From contig CBDBCF010000002.1 of NCBI GenBank assembly GCA_965202985.1, forward strand, positions 832,001-896,000: a stretch of DNA of 64,000 nucleotides, written 5' to 3'. Positions 48,601-54,406 of the stretch are shown here, in pieces. The notes beneath the pieces were generated by a model, which saw only the letters and a list, made by a program, of their open reading frames with translations, did not search any database and was not told where the DNA came from. Origin of the DNA: Longimicrobiales bacterium. GTDB lineage: Bacteria > Gemmatimonadota > Gemmatimonadetes > Longimicrobiales > Gaopeijiaceae. Every line of letters starts with the position of its first letter. Positions within the stretch are counted from its first letter, which is position 1. Made by a program: the position numbers and the translations under genes.

Positions 48601-50160
48601 CGCCGTGCCCCCGACGCGCGTGATCGGAGTCGCGTAGTTCCTGAAAGCGTTCGCCGGGATGCTGATCCCGTCCGCGTCCGCGTCCGCACGCGTCACCGTG
48701 TATCGGAAGAACACGTCGTCCGCGTCCTTCGAGTACCAGCCCGCCGCCCGAACGTTGTCCCCGATCTCCAGGTTCAGCGTCATGTTGCCCAGAAAGTTCG
48801 GCGTCACCACCGGACGGTCGAACTGAACCCGCACGTTGATGTTGTCCCCCGCAGCGTACGTCGAGTCCGTGCCCGCGCCGCTCAAGAACGTCACCGCCGA
48901 TATCCTCGGCACGATCAGCCCGCCGTTCACCTTGTGCGCACCAGCGTTTGCGACAGCGTGACTGCCGAGCGACAACGTCGCGTCCACCGTCGTGCCCGCG
49001 TTCCTGATCGTCGCCCCGGACGGAACCGACAGCGCGCTCGCGCCGATGCTCAGTCCGTTCGCGTCCACGTCCGCCGCCACCACAGCGTACTCGAACAACA
49101 GCGAGTCCGTGCCCGTCCCGCTCGCGTAGGACGCCTGCCTGGTCTGCGTGCCGATCCCTAAAGCCAGCTGCGGCGTCCCCGTCACGTCCACGTTCCCGCT
49201 GAACACCACTGCCACACGAATCCGCTCCGGCCGCCCGTAAGTGCTGTCCGCAGCGATCGGCGTGCTCGCGACGGCCACCCCGGTCACCGTCCGCCTCGCC
49301 GTCCCCCCTTGCACCTTGTGGGCCGCGGAGTTCGCGACCGTGTGGCCGCTCAGGCTCAGGATCGCGTTCTTCGTCCCCAGCCGGATCGTCCCGCTGTTCA
49401 GCGACAACGCGCTCGCGCCGATGCTGATCCCGTCCGCGTCCACGTCCGACGACGCCACCACGTACCGGAACACCAGCGACGCCGAACCCGTCCCGCTCGC
49501 GTAGTTCGCCTGCCGCGTCGCCGCACCGATCCACAGCGCCAGCTGCGGGGTGCCCGTCACCGCCACCGTCGAGTCGAACGTCACCGTCACCGCAATCGTC
49601 TCGCCAGCATAGTACGTGCTGTCGACGCCCGCGCTGCTGGATATCGTCACCCCCGTCGCCTTGGGATACCCCTGGGCGCCGTCCACCTTGTGCGAAGCTG
49701 CGTTCGTGATCGTCTTGCCCGTCAAGTTCTCGTTGATTCGTAGACCACTGACGCCACCGTCCAGATCGTTAGGACCCATCTGGGTGACGCTGATCCCGTC
49801 CGCGTCCACGTCCGACGTCTGCACAAGGTACCAATACTCTATCCAGCTGAACCCATTGCTGTATCCTGGAAGTGGGGTGTTTGCGGCGAACGTTCCGGTT
49901 CCAGTCCTCGCCTGTGCGTGCCTGGTCGTCGTCCCGATCGTCATATGCACGGACGCACCGTCGGTTTGGGCAAAGTCCACACCGGCACTGAAGTACGCCC
50001 TGATCTTGATGGTGTCGCCCGCCGCGTACGTGTTGTCCGAACCCGCCGAGCTGACGATCTTGAGACTGTCCACGCTTTGGGCGCTCAGCGGCGCCGGCGC
50101 CGCGATCCCGAACGCCGCCAGCAGGCCGAGGGCCGCGAGCGCGGTTCTCGCTGCCGGCAT
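39673..50160 (-). CDS. Giant repetitive surface adhesin with autotransporter-type beta-barrel (~3,495 aa)
   Basis: Signal peptide MPAARTALAALGLLAAFGIAAPAPLSA-Q; 17 ~130-aa Ig-like repeats; 5 cadherin-like repeats; one Ig-like domain; C-terminal barrel (WTVWGQ..SAYLGLDY..LYPYLHW). True start uncertain (see poly-G finding). Confidence 0.88.
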   Translation of the reverse strand: MPAARTALAALGLLAAFGIAAPAPLSAQSVDSLKIVSSAGSDNTYAAGDTIKIRAYFSAGVDFAQTDGASVHMTIGTTTRHAQARTGTGTFAANTPLPGYSNGFSWIEYWYLVQTSDVDADGISVTQMGPNDLDGGVSGLRINENLTGKTITNAASHKVDGAQGYPKATGVTISSSAGVDSTYYAGETIAVTVTFDSTVAVTGTPQLALWIGAATRQANYASGTGSASLVFRYVVASSDVDADGISIGASALSLNSGTIRLGTKNAILSLSGHTVANSAAHKVQGGTARRTVTGVAVASTPIAADSTYGRPERIRVAVVFSGNVDVTGTPQLALGIGTQTRQASYASGTGTDSLLFEYAVVAADVDANGLSIGASALSVPSGATIRNAGTTVDATLSLGSHAVANAGAHKVNGGLIVPRISAVTFLSGAGTDSTYAAGDNINVRVQFDRPVVTPNFLGNMTLNLEIGDNVRAAGWYSKDADDVFFRYTVTRADADADGISIPANAFRNYATPITRVGGTARADLSLGAHAVANAAAHKVDGLQGVPVVAGAGLASVTGSDGTYGVGHRIEVWVKFSEAVDVVGTPQVALGIGAATRQAGYAVGSGTDSLTFRYTVAATDADADGLSIAASALGLNGGTINKAGGTVTAELGLGTHAIANAGAHKVAGDRPVVTGVSIGDAPTDSTFELSDVVVVTVEFNAAVTVTGTGANRPRVRLGIGSSLRNAWYERGSGTTSLEFEYTVFQTDADADGISIGASALETPSGGTIRRMGTTTDAVLGLSGHAIANSAAHKVAGNTRTTPVVKGLRITSSPAVGDTYLGGEAIEVEVEFVRGVYVGGTPRLALEVGDSTRQAEYNRRDATFKRVTFRYVVQATDADADGISVGAGALAVSAADTLVDGRLWSDAADLALGSHVFSNASAHKVSGAVPYVTSAFFMSAANSGISYASTDSVFGLGDQIRVGVGFNAGVTATGTPRLALGIGAQTRSAALCDTSGGVILVFCYTVVAADADSTGISIGANALTLPGGATIRATGTATDARLSLVPWNFADAVAYQVDGTKEVAPGVSGVAISSAPASDSTYGRTEAIEVEVEFERLVVVTGTPQLALSIDTLTRQAGYARGSGTRTLVFRYVVVAADADSTGIGIAASALALNGGTIVLSGGTAAATLGLGTHAISNAAAHKVDGSVGPPGVTGLAIGSPVVGDVFERGETIEVELEFNRPVDVTGTPRLALTIGSATRQASYASGSGTTGLVFRYVVASGDADADGLSIGGSALTLSGGTIRLSGGTLDATLGLGASAVTNSGGHKVSGSTFTVPAVSAVTISSAPASGQTYQLGESIDVKVAFDRPVAVTGTPRLALTIGTVTRQASYESATSKADTLVFGYAVRPSDADADGLSIAASALVLNGGAIADVRPGAAAASLGLGSSAVTNDASHKVNGGLGPPGVTGLTVAPPPGGTFERGDTVVATVTFNKAVDVTGTPQLALGIGGQTRQAAYASGTGTAALVFRYVVVTADADADGLSVGASALALNSGTIDVAGGTTDALLSLAHHAIGNDGALRVAGGTFTAASVSGVTISSSPAGGGTYGLSEEIEVEVTFDRNVTVTGSPELALTIGTQTRQASYVTTTGGRVLSFAYTVVAADADGNGIGIGASALSLNGGTIVDARDANEAASLGLGGHAISNAGSHRVDGTQGPPGVSGVSIASPPIGDTFERGDTVVATVVFNKAVDVTGTPQLALGIGSTTKQASYASGTGTASLVFRYVVVTADADADGISIAASALALNGGTIDVAGGTVDAVLGLGTHAVTNSAGHKVAGGTFTAASVSGVSLTSSPAVATTYGRDESIEVQVTFNRRVAVTGTPRVALTVGAQTRQADYASGTGTRALTFRYTVVAADADADGIEVGASALALNSGAIADARDGTTAAALGLGSHALSAAAGHKVDGTLAGASVTGVAVSSAPESGDTYGLGERIEVQVTFDRAVTVTGAPQLALTVGTVARQASYAGGSGTATLSFAYRVQGPGSGGSGTGGVDADADGVGVAAAALTLNGGAIVNTADGVRPATLALGAHAIAAAANDKVDGTVEVAPVVVGVAVTSEPVATGLYGAGGVIRVEVTFSRPVDVAGASSSPALAASMTAATAANTAAARLALDVGGTTRHAVYVSGSGTAVLAFEYVVRPADRDPDGISIPADALAEAAGALRIAGGTTLAALDLGAHAVTDLTDHAVNGAGSLDPVFGRLEYEFELAENVAGPLPVGEVVATSPLGAEMRYGLESGGEGLFEVDVSSGLVTYVGGGEDAEQRSEYVMLVVAVTGGVGESEQLETTAKVTVKVVNENDEAPSFVEDGWAFELAEDVAGPLVLGVMEAVDLDEGDTLTYALVAGDADRFELDAGTGELRYVGGGEDYETSVGMWRLEATATDLVGRTARTTATVVVADVNEPPAFADSAYAFELAENAAGPLVLGVVRATDPDRDDPPTYSLAEGDQERFEVDAVTGEVRYVGEGEDAETGPESWALEVRATDRGGIAASARVTVALLDRNEAPVFAAERYEWEFEENVAGPLVLGMVEAADPDRADTLVYSLSGEGAALFEVDAVTGEVRYAGAGEDYEAGPASWEFEVVATDGEGLAARVAATVALLDVNEAPSFADSAYAFELAENAAGPLTLGLVEATDPDRGDAPAYSLAEGDAARFEMDAGTGEVRYVGSGEDYEAGPPAFALMVRATDAGGLTAEAAVTVTLLDVNEGPEAVGAMSPKTLEAYGDAVEEELGQYFRDPDGDALAYAVESSSPAVAAATVTGAGRLSIAPQAIGEAVVTVRASDPGGLSAVQQVRVTVEASRSERARALELTLAAFGRSLGTETVDAIGGRLGLGSSGALGRSHMQLGGRSLACGTGGSDAFGAGGFADVANAVHGQADDGQGNAAAGGSGQAAGGGNGDAGGSGHCGLESLVRGATGLLGLQIAHPGSPDAAGGTVDLAALLFGDGRGGAFGQPTAGGAGGMGGSYQGQQQADAERGARADRGGLTFNPVDARGLRSQSSFQLSFGGSAGSAASEAVRSGWTVWGQANLGEFEGRPRDGFAMDGRTRSAYLGLDYRFASGVLMGLAGSRSDMEAGFDSRINGAGSVDARLTSLYPYLHWSSSGGFGVWGLAGAGRGDATLDESAGGRFDTDLEMRMGALGVRQELVGGLALKADAFAVRILSDDVAGLAGVTADAQRVRLAPEIGGQWQLGGGLAMRTRFEVGGRFDGGDAETGMGAEAGAEVGLAHQASGFSVTARGRALLVHQERDFKDWGAGFSLRLQPGGGGEGEGGGLSFSVEPTWGDAGGGARTLWQGGADVWRTAGAGGFGAPGRIARPVGASVPAGTGLAHNPDDPSAQGASAADGTAAAGSPPGLGLPASAGVLAPASAPGWAPDRVAMEVSYGLALPGGAQVKPFGRWSREGPTGHRVNVGTRWSLLGGETTGQEPAAPGLRLMMDLFGEHVASGVQPPERRIGLSGRIAFE
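41940..43470 (-). repeat. Five cadherin-like Ca2+-binding repeats
   Basis: Repeated FELAEN.AGP..LG.V.A.DPD....Y.L..GD..RFE.DA.TGEVRY.G.GEDYE...ATD.GG....V.V...DVNEAP. Confidence 0.85.
43475..50075 (-). repeat. 17 tandem ~130-aa repeats in the adhesin
   Basis: Consensus V.GV.I.S.P..DTY..GE.I.V.V.F...V.VTGTP.LAL.IG..TRQA.YASG.GT..L.F.Y.V...DADADG.SI.A.AL.L.GG.I...A.L.LG.HA..N...HKV.G; counted by eye, boundaries approximate. Confidence 0.85.
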
Positions 50161-50213
50161 CAGTGCAGACCGAGACCGAGCGCCCGATCCAGGCTGCTGA
50201 CTAAAAACGCCTC

Positions 50214-50235
50214 GGGGGGGGGGGGGGGGGGGGGG
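50214..50235 (+). repeat. G22 homopolymer (C22 on the adhesin coding strand)
   Basis: 22 consecutive G read directly, 54 nt upstream of adhesin ATG 50160. Confidence 0.9.
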
Positions 50236-50436
50236 CAGTTGGCCCAGCGACGGGAGCGGGAGCGGATCGACATATGAACTCGACAGAGTGAAGGTTCCAA
50301 GGCGACTGCGACCTTGTGACTGGGATGTCCAGGAGACCGAATCGGCCCCCCGGCTCCCGGCCACGTTTGTCCACCGGGCAAATTGACGAGGGATATCGGC
50401 ACCCGTCAAGCAAGCAAGCCTCCCAGGGAGAGGTTC

Positions 50437-51622
50437 TAGTGGTATGTCGCCGATTGAAGTTGGCTGTTGAGCGAGACGGGGCTATACTGCGGTCGCGAGT
50501 TGGTTTCGGCAAGGATCTCTTGGCACGGAGGGAAGTGATGGCGAGGATGCCTGCGAAGGCGTTGGAGTTGTCGCAGGAGGACCGGGCGATGCTGGAGCGC
50601 TGGCTTCGGGCGGGCAGCACGCCGCAGGACGTGGCGAAGCGCGTCCGGATCGTCCTGCTGGCGGCGGAGGGCGTGGCGAACCAGCGCATCGCGAAGGAGG
50701 CGGGGGTGTCGAAGCCCACGGTTCTGACGTGGCGGAGACGGTTCGAGGCGGAAGGTCCCGATACGGTGTGGAAGATCAGGCCTGGTCGGGGTCGCAAGCG
50801 CAGCATCACGGACGAGACGGTCCGGGCGATCGTCAAGGACACGCTGGAGAACAAGCCGGAGGGGGCGACGCACTGGAGCTTGCGGACGATGGCGAAGCGC
50901 CACGGCGTGAGCCGGAGCACGGTGCAGCGGGTGTGGAAGTCGTACGGGCTGAAGCCGCACCGGACGAAGACGTTCAAGCTGTCGAAGGACCCGAAGTTCG
51001 TGGAGAAGACCGAGGACGTGGTGGGGCTGTACCGCAACCCGCCTAAGGACGGCGTGGTGCTGTGCGTGGACGAGAAGAGCCGGATCCAGGCGCTGGACCG
51101 CACTCGGCCCGGCCTTCCGCTGAAGCGCGGTCGCTGCGGCACGATGACCCACGACTACAAGCGCCACGGCACGACGACCTTGTTCGCGGCGCTGGACCCG
51201 GCACGCGGTCGGGTGGTCGGCATGTGCAGTCCGCGCCACCGCCAGCAGGAGTTCCTGAGGTTCCTCCGCCGCCTGGACGGCGAGTATCCGAAGGGCGTGG
51301 CGCTGCACCTGGTGCTGGACAACTACGGCACCCACAAGACGGCGGCCGTGAAGGCGTGGCTCGCCAAGCATCCCCGCTTCCACCTGCACTTCGTTCCCAC
51401 GAGCGGTTCGTGGCTGAACTTGGTGGAGGCGTGGCTCGCCCAGCTGTCGCAGAAGCGCCTGAGGCGCGGCATGTTCAACAGCGTGAAGGCGCTGAAGGAC
51501 GCGATCATGGAGTTCGTCGAAGTCCACAACCGCAATCCCCGGCCCTACCAGTGGACGACCTCCGCAGACGACATCTTCCAGAAAGTCGCCAAATGTCAGG
51601 CCGTTTTGGCGACATACCACTA
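50437..51622 (+). mobile_element. IS630-family insertion sequence, apparently intact
   Basis: Perfect terminal inverted repeat CTAGTGGTATGTCGCC (50436-50451) / GGCGACATACCACTAG (51608-51623); TA duplication at 50437-38 and 51621-22 in CTAG context. Confidence 0.95.
50460..50488 (+). promoter_or_regulatory. Putative transposase promoter
   Basis: TTGGCT-17 nt-TATACT just inside the left IR; RBS GGAGG before ATG 50538. Confidence 0.5.
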
Positions 51623-51623
51623 G
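50538..51623 (+). CDS. IS630-family DDE transposase
   Basis: HTH N-terminus, THWSLR, VLCVDEKS..QALDRT, THDYKRHGTTTLFAAL, VLDNYGTHK, SWLNLVE. Confidence 0.96.
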   Translation: MARMPAKALELSQEDRAMLERWLRAGSTPQDVAKRVRIVLLAAEGVANQRIAKEAGVSKPTVLTWRRRFEAEGPDTVWKIRPGRGRKRSITDETVRAIVKDTLENKPEGATHWSLRTMAKRHGVSRSTVQRVWKSYGLKPHRTKTFKLSKDPKFVEKTEDVVGLYRNPPKDGVVLCVDEKSRIQALDRTRPGLPLKRGRCGTMTHDYKRHGTTTLFAALDPARGRVVGMCSPRHRQQEFLRFLRRLDGEYPKGVALHLVLDNYGTHKTAAVKAWLAKHPRFHLHFVPTSGSWLNLVEAWLAQLSQKRLRRGMFNSVKALKDAIMEFVEVHNRNPRPYQWTTSADDIFQKVAKCQAVLATYH

Positions 51624-51625
51624 CT

Positions 51626-52399
51626 CTAGTCGGCGGAAGAGGTCGCTTCGGCGGCGGCGCGCGCGATCGCGGCAAGGGACTCCGGGTCCAGGCTCGCTCC
51701 CCCTACGAGAACGCCGTCGACGCCGGTGGCGGACATGAGCGTCCCTGCGTTTGCCGGGTTGACGCTCCCGCCGTACAGGACCGGCACGTCCGCCGCACCG
51801 CCGGGGACCACGGCGCGACTCAGAACCTCCCGCACGATCGCGTGAGCCTCCGCCGCGTCGCGCGGCGTGGCGGTCTCGCCGGTTCCGATGGCCCACACGG
51901 GCTCGTACGCCACCATGAACCCCGTCGCCCGCGCCGCGTCGGCCAGGGGTCCCGCCACCGCCTCGAGCTGCCGGGACAGCACGTGGCGCAGCCGCCCCGC
52001 CCGGCGCTCTTCCAGCAGCTCGCCGACGCACACCACCGGGACCAAGCCGGCGCGCACGGCCGCGGCGACCTTGCGGCCGGTCTCCGCATCCGTCTCGCCG
52101 AAGAGATGCCGGCGCTCGGAGTGGCCCACCAAGGCCAGGGTCGCGCCCGCCTCTCCGGCCATCTCCGCCGACGTTTCCCCGGTAAGCGCGCCCTCCTTCT
52201 CCCAGTGGATGTCTTGGACGCCAAGCTCCACGGCGGGCGCAGCCGCAACGGCAGCCGGCAAGGACACGTCGGCGGGAAACACCAGGACCCGAACCGATTC
52301 CGGCACGTCTCGGGAAAACCGAAGGAAGAAGTCGCGGACGGCCGAGGGGCCGTGGTGCATCTTCCAGTTGGCGGCGACGACCTTGTTCACGAGGGGCAT
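51626..52399 (-). CDS. tpiA: Triosephosphate isomerase
   Basis: AANWKMH, GHSERR, AYEPVWAIGTG, LYGGSV, LVGGASL; start ATG 52399 or GTG 52390. Confidence 0.96.
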   Translation of the reverse strand: MPLVNKVVAANWKMHHGPSAVRDFFLRFSRDVPESVRVLVFPADVSLPAAVAAAPAVELGVQDIHWEKEGALTGETSAEMAGEAGATLALVGHSERRHLFGETDAETGRKVAAAVRAGLVPVVCVGELLEERRAGRLRHVLSRQLEAVAGPLADAARATGFMVAYEPVWAIGTGETATPRDAAEAHAIVREVLSRAVVPGGAADVPVLYGGSVNPANAGTLMSATGVDGVLVGGASLDPESLAAIARAAAEATSSAD

Positions 52400-53601
52400 G
52401 CGACGGTCTCCGAAAGGGCCGCGATTCCGGGCAGTTCCTTGCCCGCCAGAAGGTCCAGGGACGCTCCGCCTCCGGTGGAGACGTGGCCGATCCGGCTGGC
52501 TACGCCGGCCGCGGTCGCAGCCGCAACCGAATCGCCGCCGCCGACCACGACAGCGGCGTCGCGGGCAGCGGCCGACGCCACGGCTCTCGCGACGCCGAAG
52601 GTGCCGGCGTCCATACCCGGGACCTCGAAGACGCCCATGGGGCCGTTCCAGAAGACGGTGTTCGCCGACGCCAAGCGGCTCCCGAACACGTCCGTCGTGG
52701 CGGGTCCCACGTCGGCGATCGCTTCGCCGGCGCGAACGCCGCTTCGTTCCACCACCCTTGTCCGGGCGTTGGCCGCAAGCTCCGACGCGACGACGCAGTC
52801 GACGGGAAGCGCCAGCCTCGCGCCCCCCTGGTCCATGAGCCGCAACGCCGTCGCCGCCAAGCCGGGCTCGACCAGAGACGAACCCGTTTCGAGTCCCATG
52901 GCCAGGAAGAACGTGTTGGCCATGGCTCCGCCCACCAAGAGGGCGTCGGCGCGCGACAGGAGCGCTTCCACGACCTCGAGCTTGTCCGAAACCTTGGCGC
53001 CTCCCAAGACCGCGACGAACGGCCGCCGGGGCCTCTCCGCAACGCCGTTCAGCGCCGCAAGCTCCTTCTCCACCAGAAGGCCGGCCGCCGCCGCGCCGCC
53101 TCGAGCGCGGACCGCGCGGGGCAGGCCGTCGGTGGAGGCGTGTGCGCGGTGGGCCGTCCCGAAGGCGTCGAGCACGAAGCGGTCGGCCCAGCCGGCCCAG
53201 TCGGCAGCAAGCGCCGGGTCGTTGGACGCCTCGCCGGGCAGGAAGCGGGTGTTCTCGAGCACGAGGACCGATCCGTTGCGCAGTCGGCTCACGGCATCGC
53301 GAGCCGGGGGGCCGGCGACGTGGGACGAAAAGGCGACCGGGCATGCGAGCAATCCCCCGAGGCGTCGGGCGACCGGTCGAAGCGACAGGTCGCGGCAGAC
53401 CCGGCCGTTGGGGCGCCCCAGGTGGGACAGCACCGCGACGCGGGCGCCGGCGTCGGCCAGTGCGGCCACAGTGGGGAGGCTGGCGCGAATTCGGGTGTCC
53501 TCCGCGACGCCCCCTTTCGACAACGGAACGTTGAGGTCCGCCCGCACGGCAACCACGGCGCCTTGAACGCCGGCGACGGTCAGGTCGCGAAGCGTCTTCA
53601 G
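52387..53601 (-). CDS. pgk: Phosphoglycerate kinase
   Basis: VRADLNVP, SHLGRP, LENTRF, DAFGTAHRAHAS, GGAKVSDK, WNGPMGVFE, STGGGASL; start codon unclear (CTG 53601 proposed). Confidence 0.94.
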   Translation of the reverse strand: MKTLRDLTVAGVQGAVVAVRADLNVPLSKGGVAEDTRIRASLPTVAALADAGARVAVLSHLGRPNGRVCRDLSLRPVARRLGGLLACPVAFSSHVAGPPARDAVSRLRNGSVLVLENTRFLPGEASNDPALAADWAGWADRFVLDAFGTAHRAHASTDGLPRAVRARGGAAAAGLLVEKELAALNGVAERPRRPFVAVLGGAKVSDKLEVVEALLSRADALLVGGAMANTFFLAMGLETGSSLVEPGLAATALRLMDQGGARLALPVDCVVASELAANARTRVVERSGVRAGEAIADVGPATTDVFGSRLASANTVFWNGPMGVFEVPGMDAGTFGVARAVASAAARDAAVVVGGGDSVAAATAAGVASRIGHVSTGGGASLDLLAGKELPGIAALSETVACPS

Positions 53602-54401
53602 TTGCTCAGTGGAATGTGGAAGGGCTGGTACTCGGGGCCGGGCTGGGAGTCCGGCGCGTAGGGCCGGAAGCGAATCGAGAACTCGACCCACGTTCCCACC
53701 GAGCGGCCGTTGTGGGTGGCCGGTCGGAACCGGAACGAGCGGATGGCCCGCAACGCGGCCGAGTCCAGTCCTTCCGCGCCCGAGGACTCGGCGACGCGCG
53801 CCTGGCTGGCGTCTCCGCCGGGCTGTACCCACAGCAAGACGCGGACCGTGCCGCCCACGCCGGCGCCCTGAAGGTGCGGGGGGTACTCGCGCGCCACGGT
53901 TCTGCGCGCCTCGTCGGGGTCCAGGAGCCCCGGCAAGGTGGCGGGCGGGGCGACCCACGGAACTCGGGCGTCGCTGGCGACGGCAAGAGGCGCGAGACGC
54001 GCAGGCATGGGCTCGGCCTGGGGCTCGGGGCGAGCTTCGGTCGGGGCGACGGGAGCGGGCGGCGGGAGCGGCTGGGCCTGGGGTTCGGGGCGCGGCGCCG
54101 GGGCGAACCACCTGGCCAAGCTCGCACGGGCCGACGGCGCGGCGATCGCGCCCGCAACCCCGAGAACGACGGCCCCTGCGGCAACCGCTCGCCGACGCCG
54201 ACCCGCACGGTGCGGTCCGGCGTCCTGGATTCGCCGGCGCTCCGCCGCCAGCGTTGCGCGAAGTTCGACGCCGAAGGAGCACCGCTCCTCGATGACGATC
54301 GTCCGCAGGTCTCGATCCAGTCCCCGCAGTTCGGAGGGCAGCTCGGACGACGGCTTGGTCCCGCGAGCCCGGCCCCGGCGCAGGCGCGATCGTCCTCTCA
54401 C
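53598..54401 (-). CDS. TonB C-terminal domain membrane protein, putative anti-sigma factor
   Basis: GTG 54401; cytoplasmic N-terminus, one TM helix, Pro-rich linker, TonB_C (YPPHLQGAGVGGTVRV...SSGAEGLDSAAL...FRPA..NGRSV). Confidence 0.78.
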   Translation of the reverse strand: MRGRSRLRRGRARGTKPSSELPSELRGLDRDLRTIVIEERCSFGVELRATLAAERRRIQDAGPHRAGRRRRAVAAGAVVLGVAGAIAAPSARASLARWFAPAPRPEPQAQPLPPPAPVAPTEARPEPQAEPMPARLAPLAVASDARVPWVAPPATLPGLLDPDEARRTVAREYPPHLQGAGVGGTVRVLLWVQPGGDASQARVAESSGAEGLDSAALRAIRSFRFRPATHNGRSVGTWVEFSIRFRPYAPDSQPGPEYQPFHIPLSN

Positions 54402-54406
54402 AAGGT

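Noticed and set aside
43475..50075. Adhesin repeats as CRISPR array or DGR template/variable repeats
   Set aside because: Repeats are in-frame protein domains; no cas or reverse transcriptase gene and no adenine-specific variation seen
50274..50409. TTG start at 50409 for the adhesin as given by the ORF track
   Set aside because: No RBS, the TTG is part of a -35-like hexamer, and the added sequence is not signal-peptide-like; ATG 50160 or 50273 are more plausible
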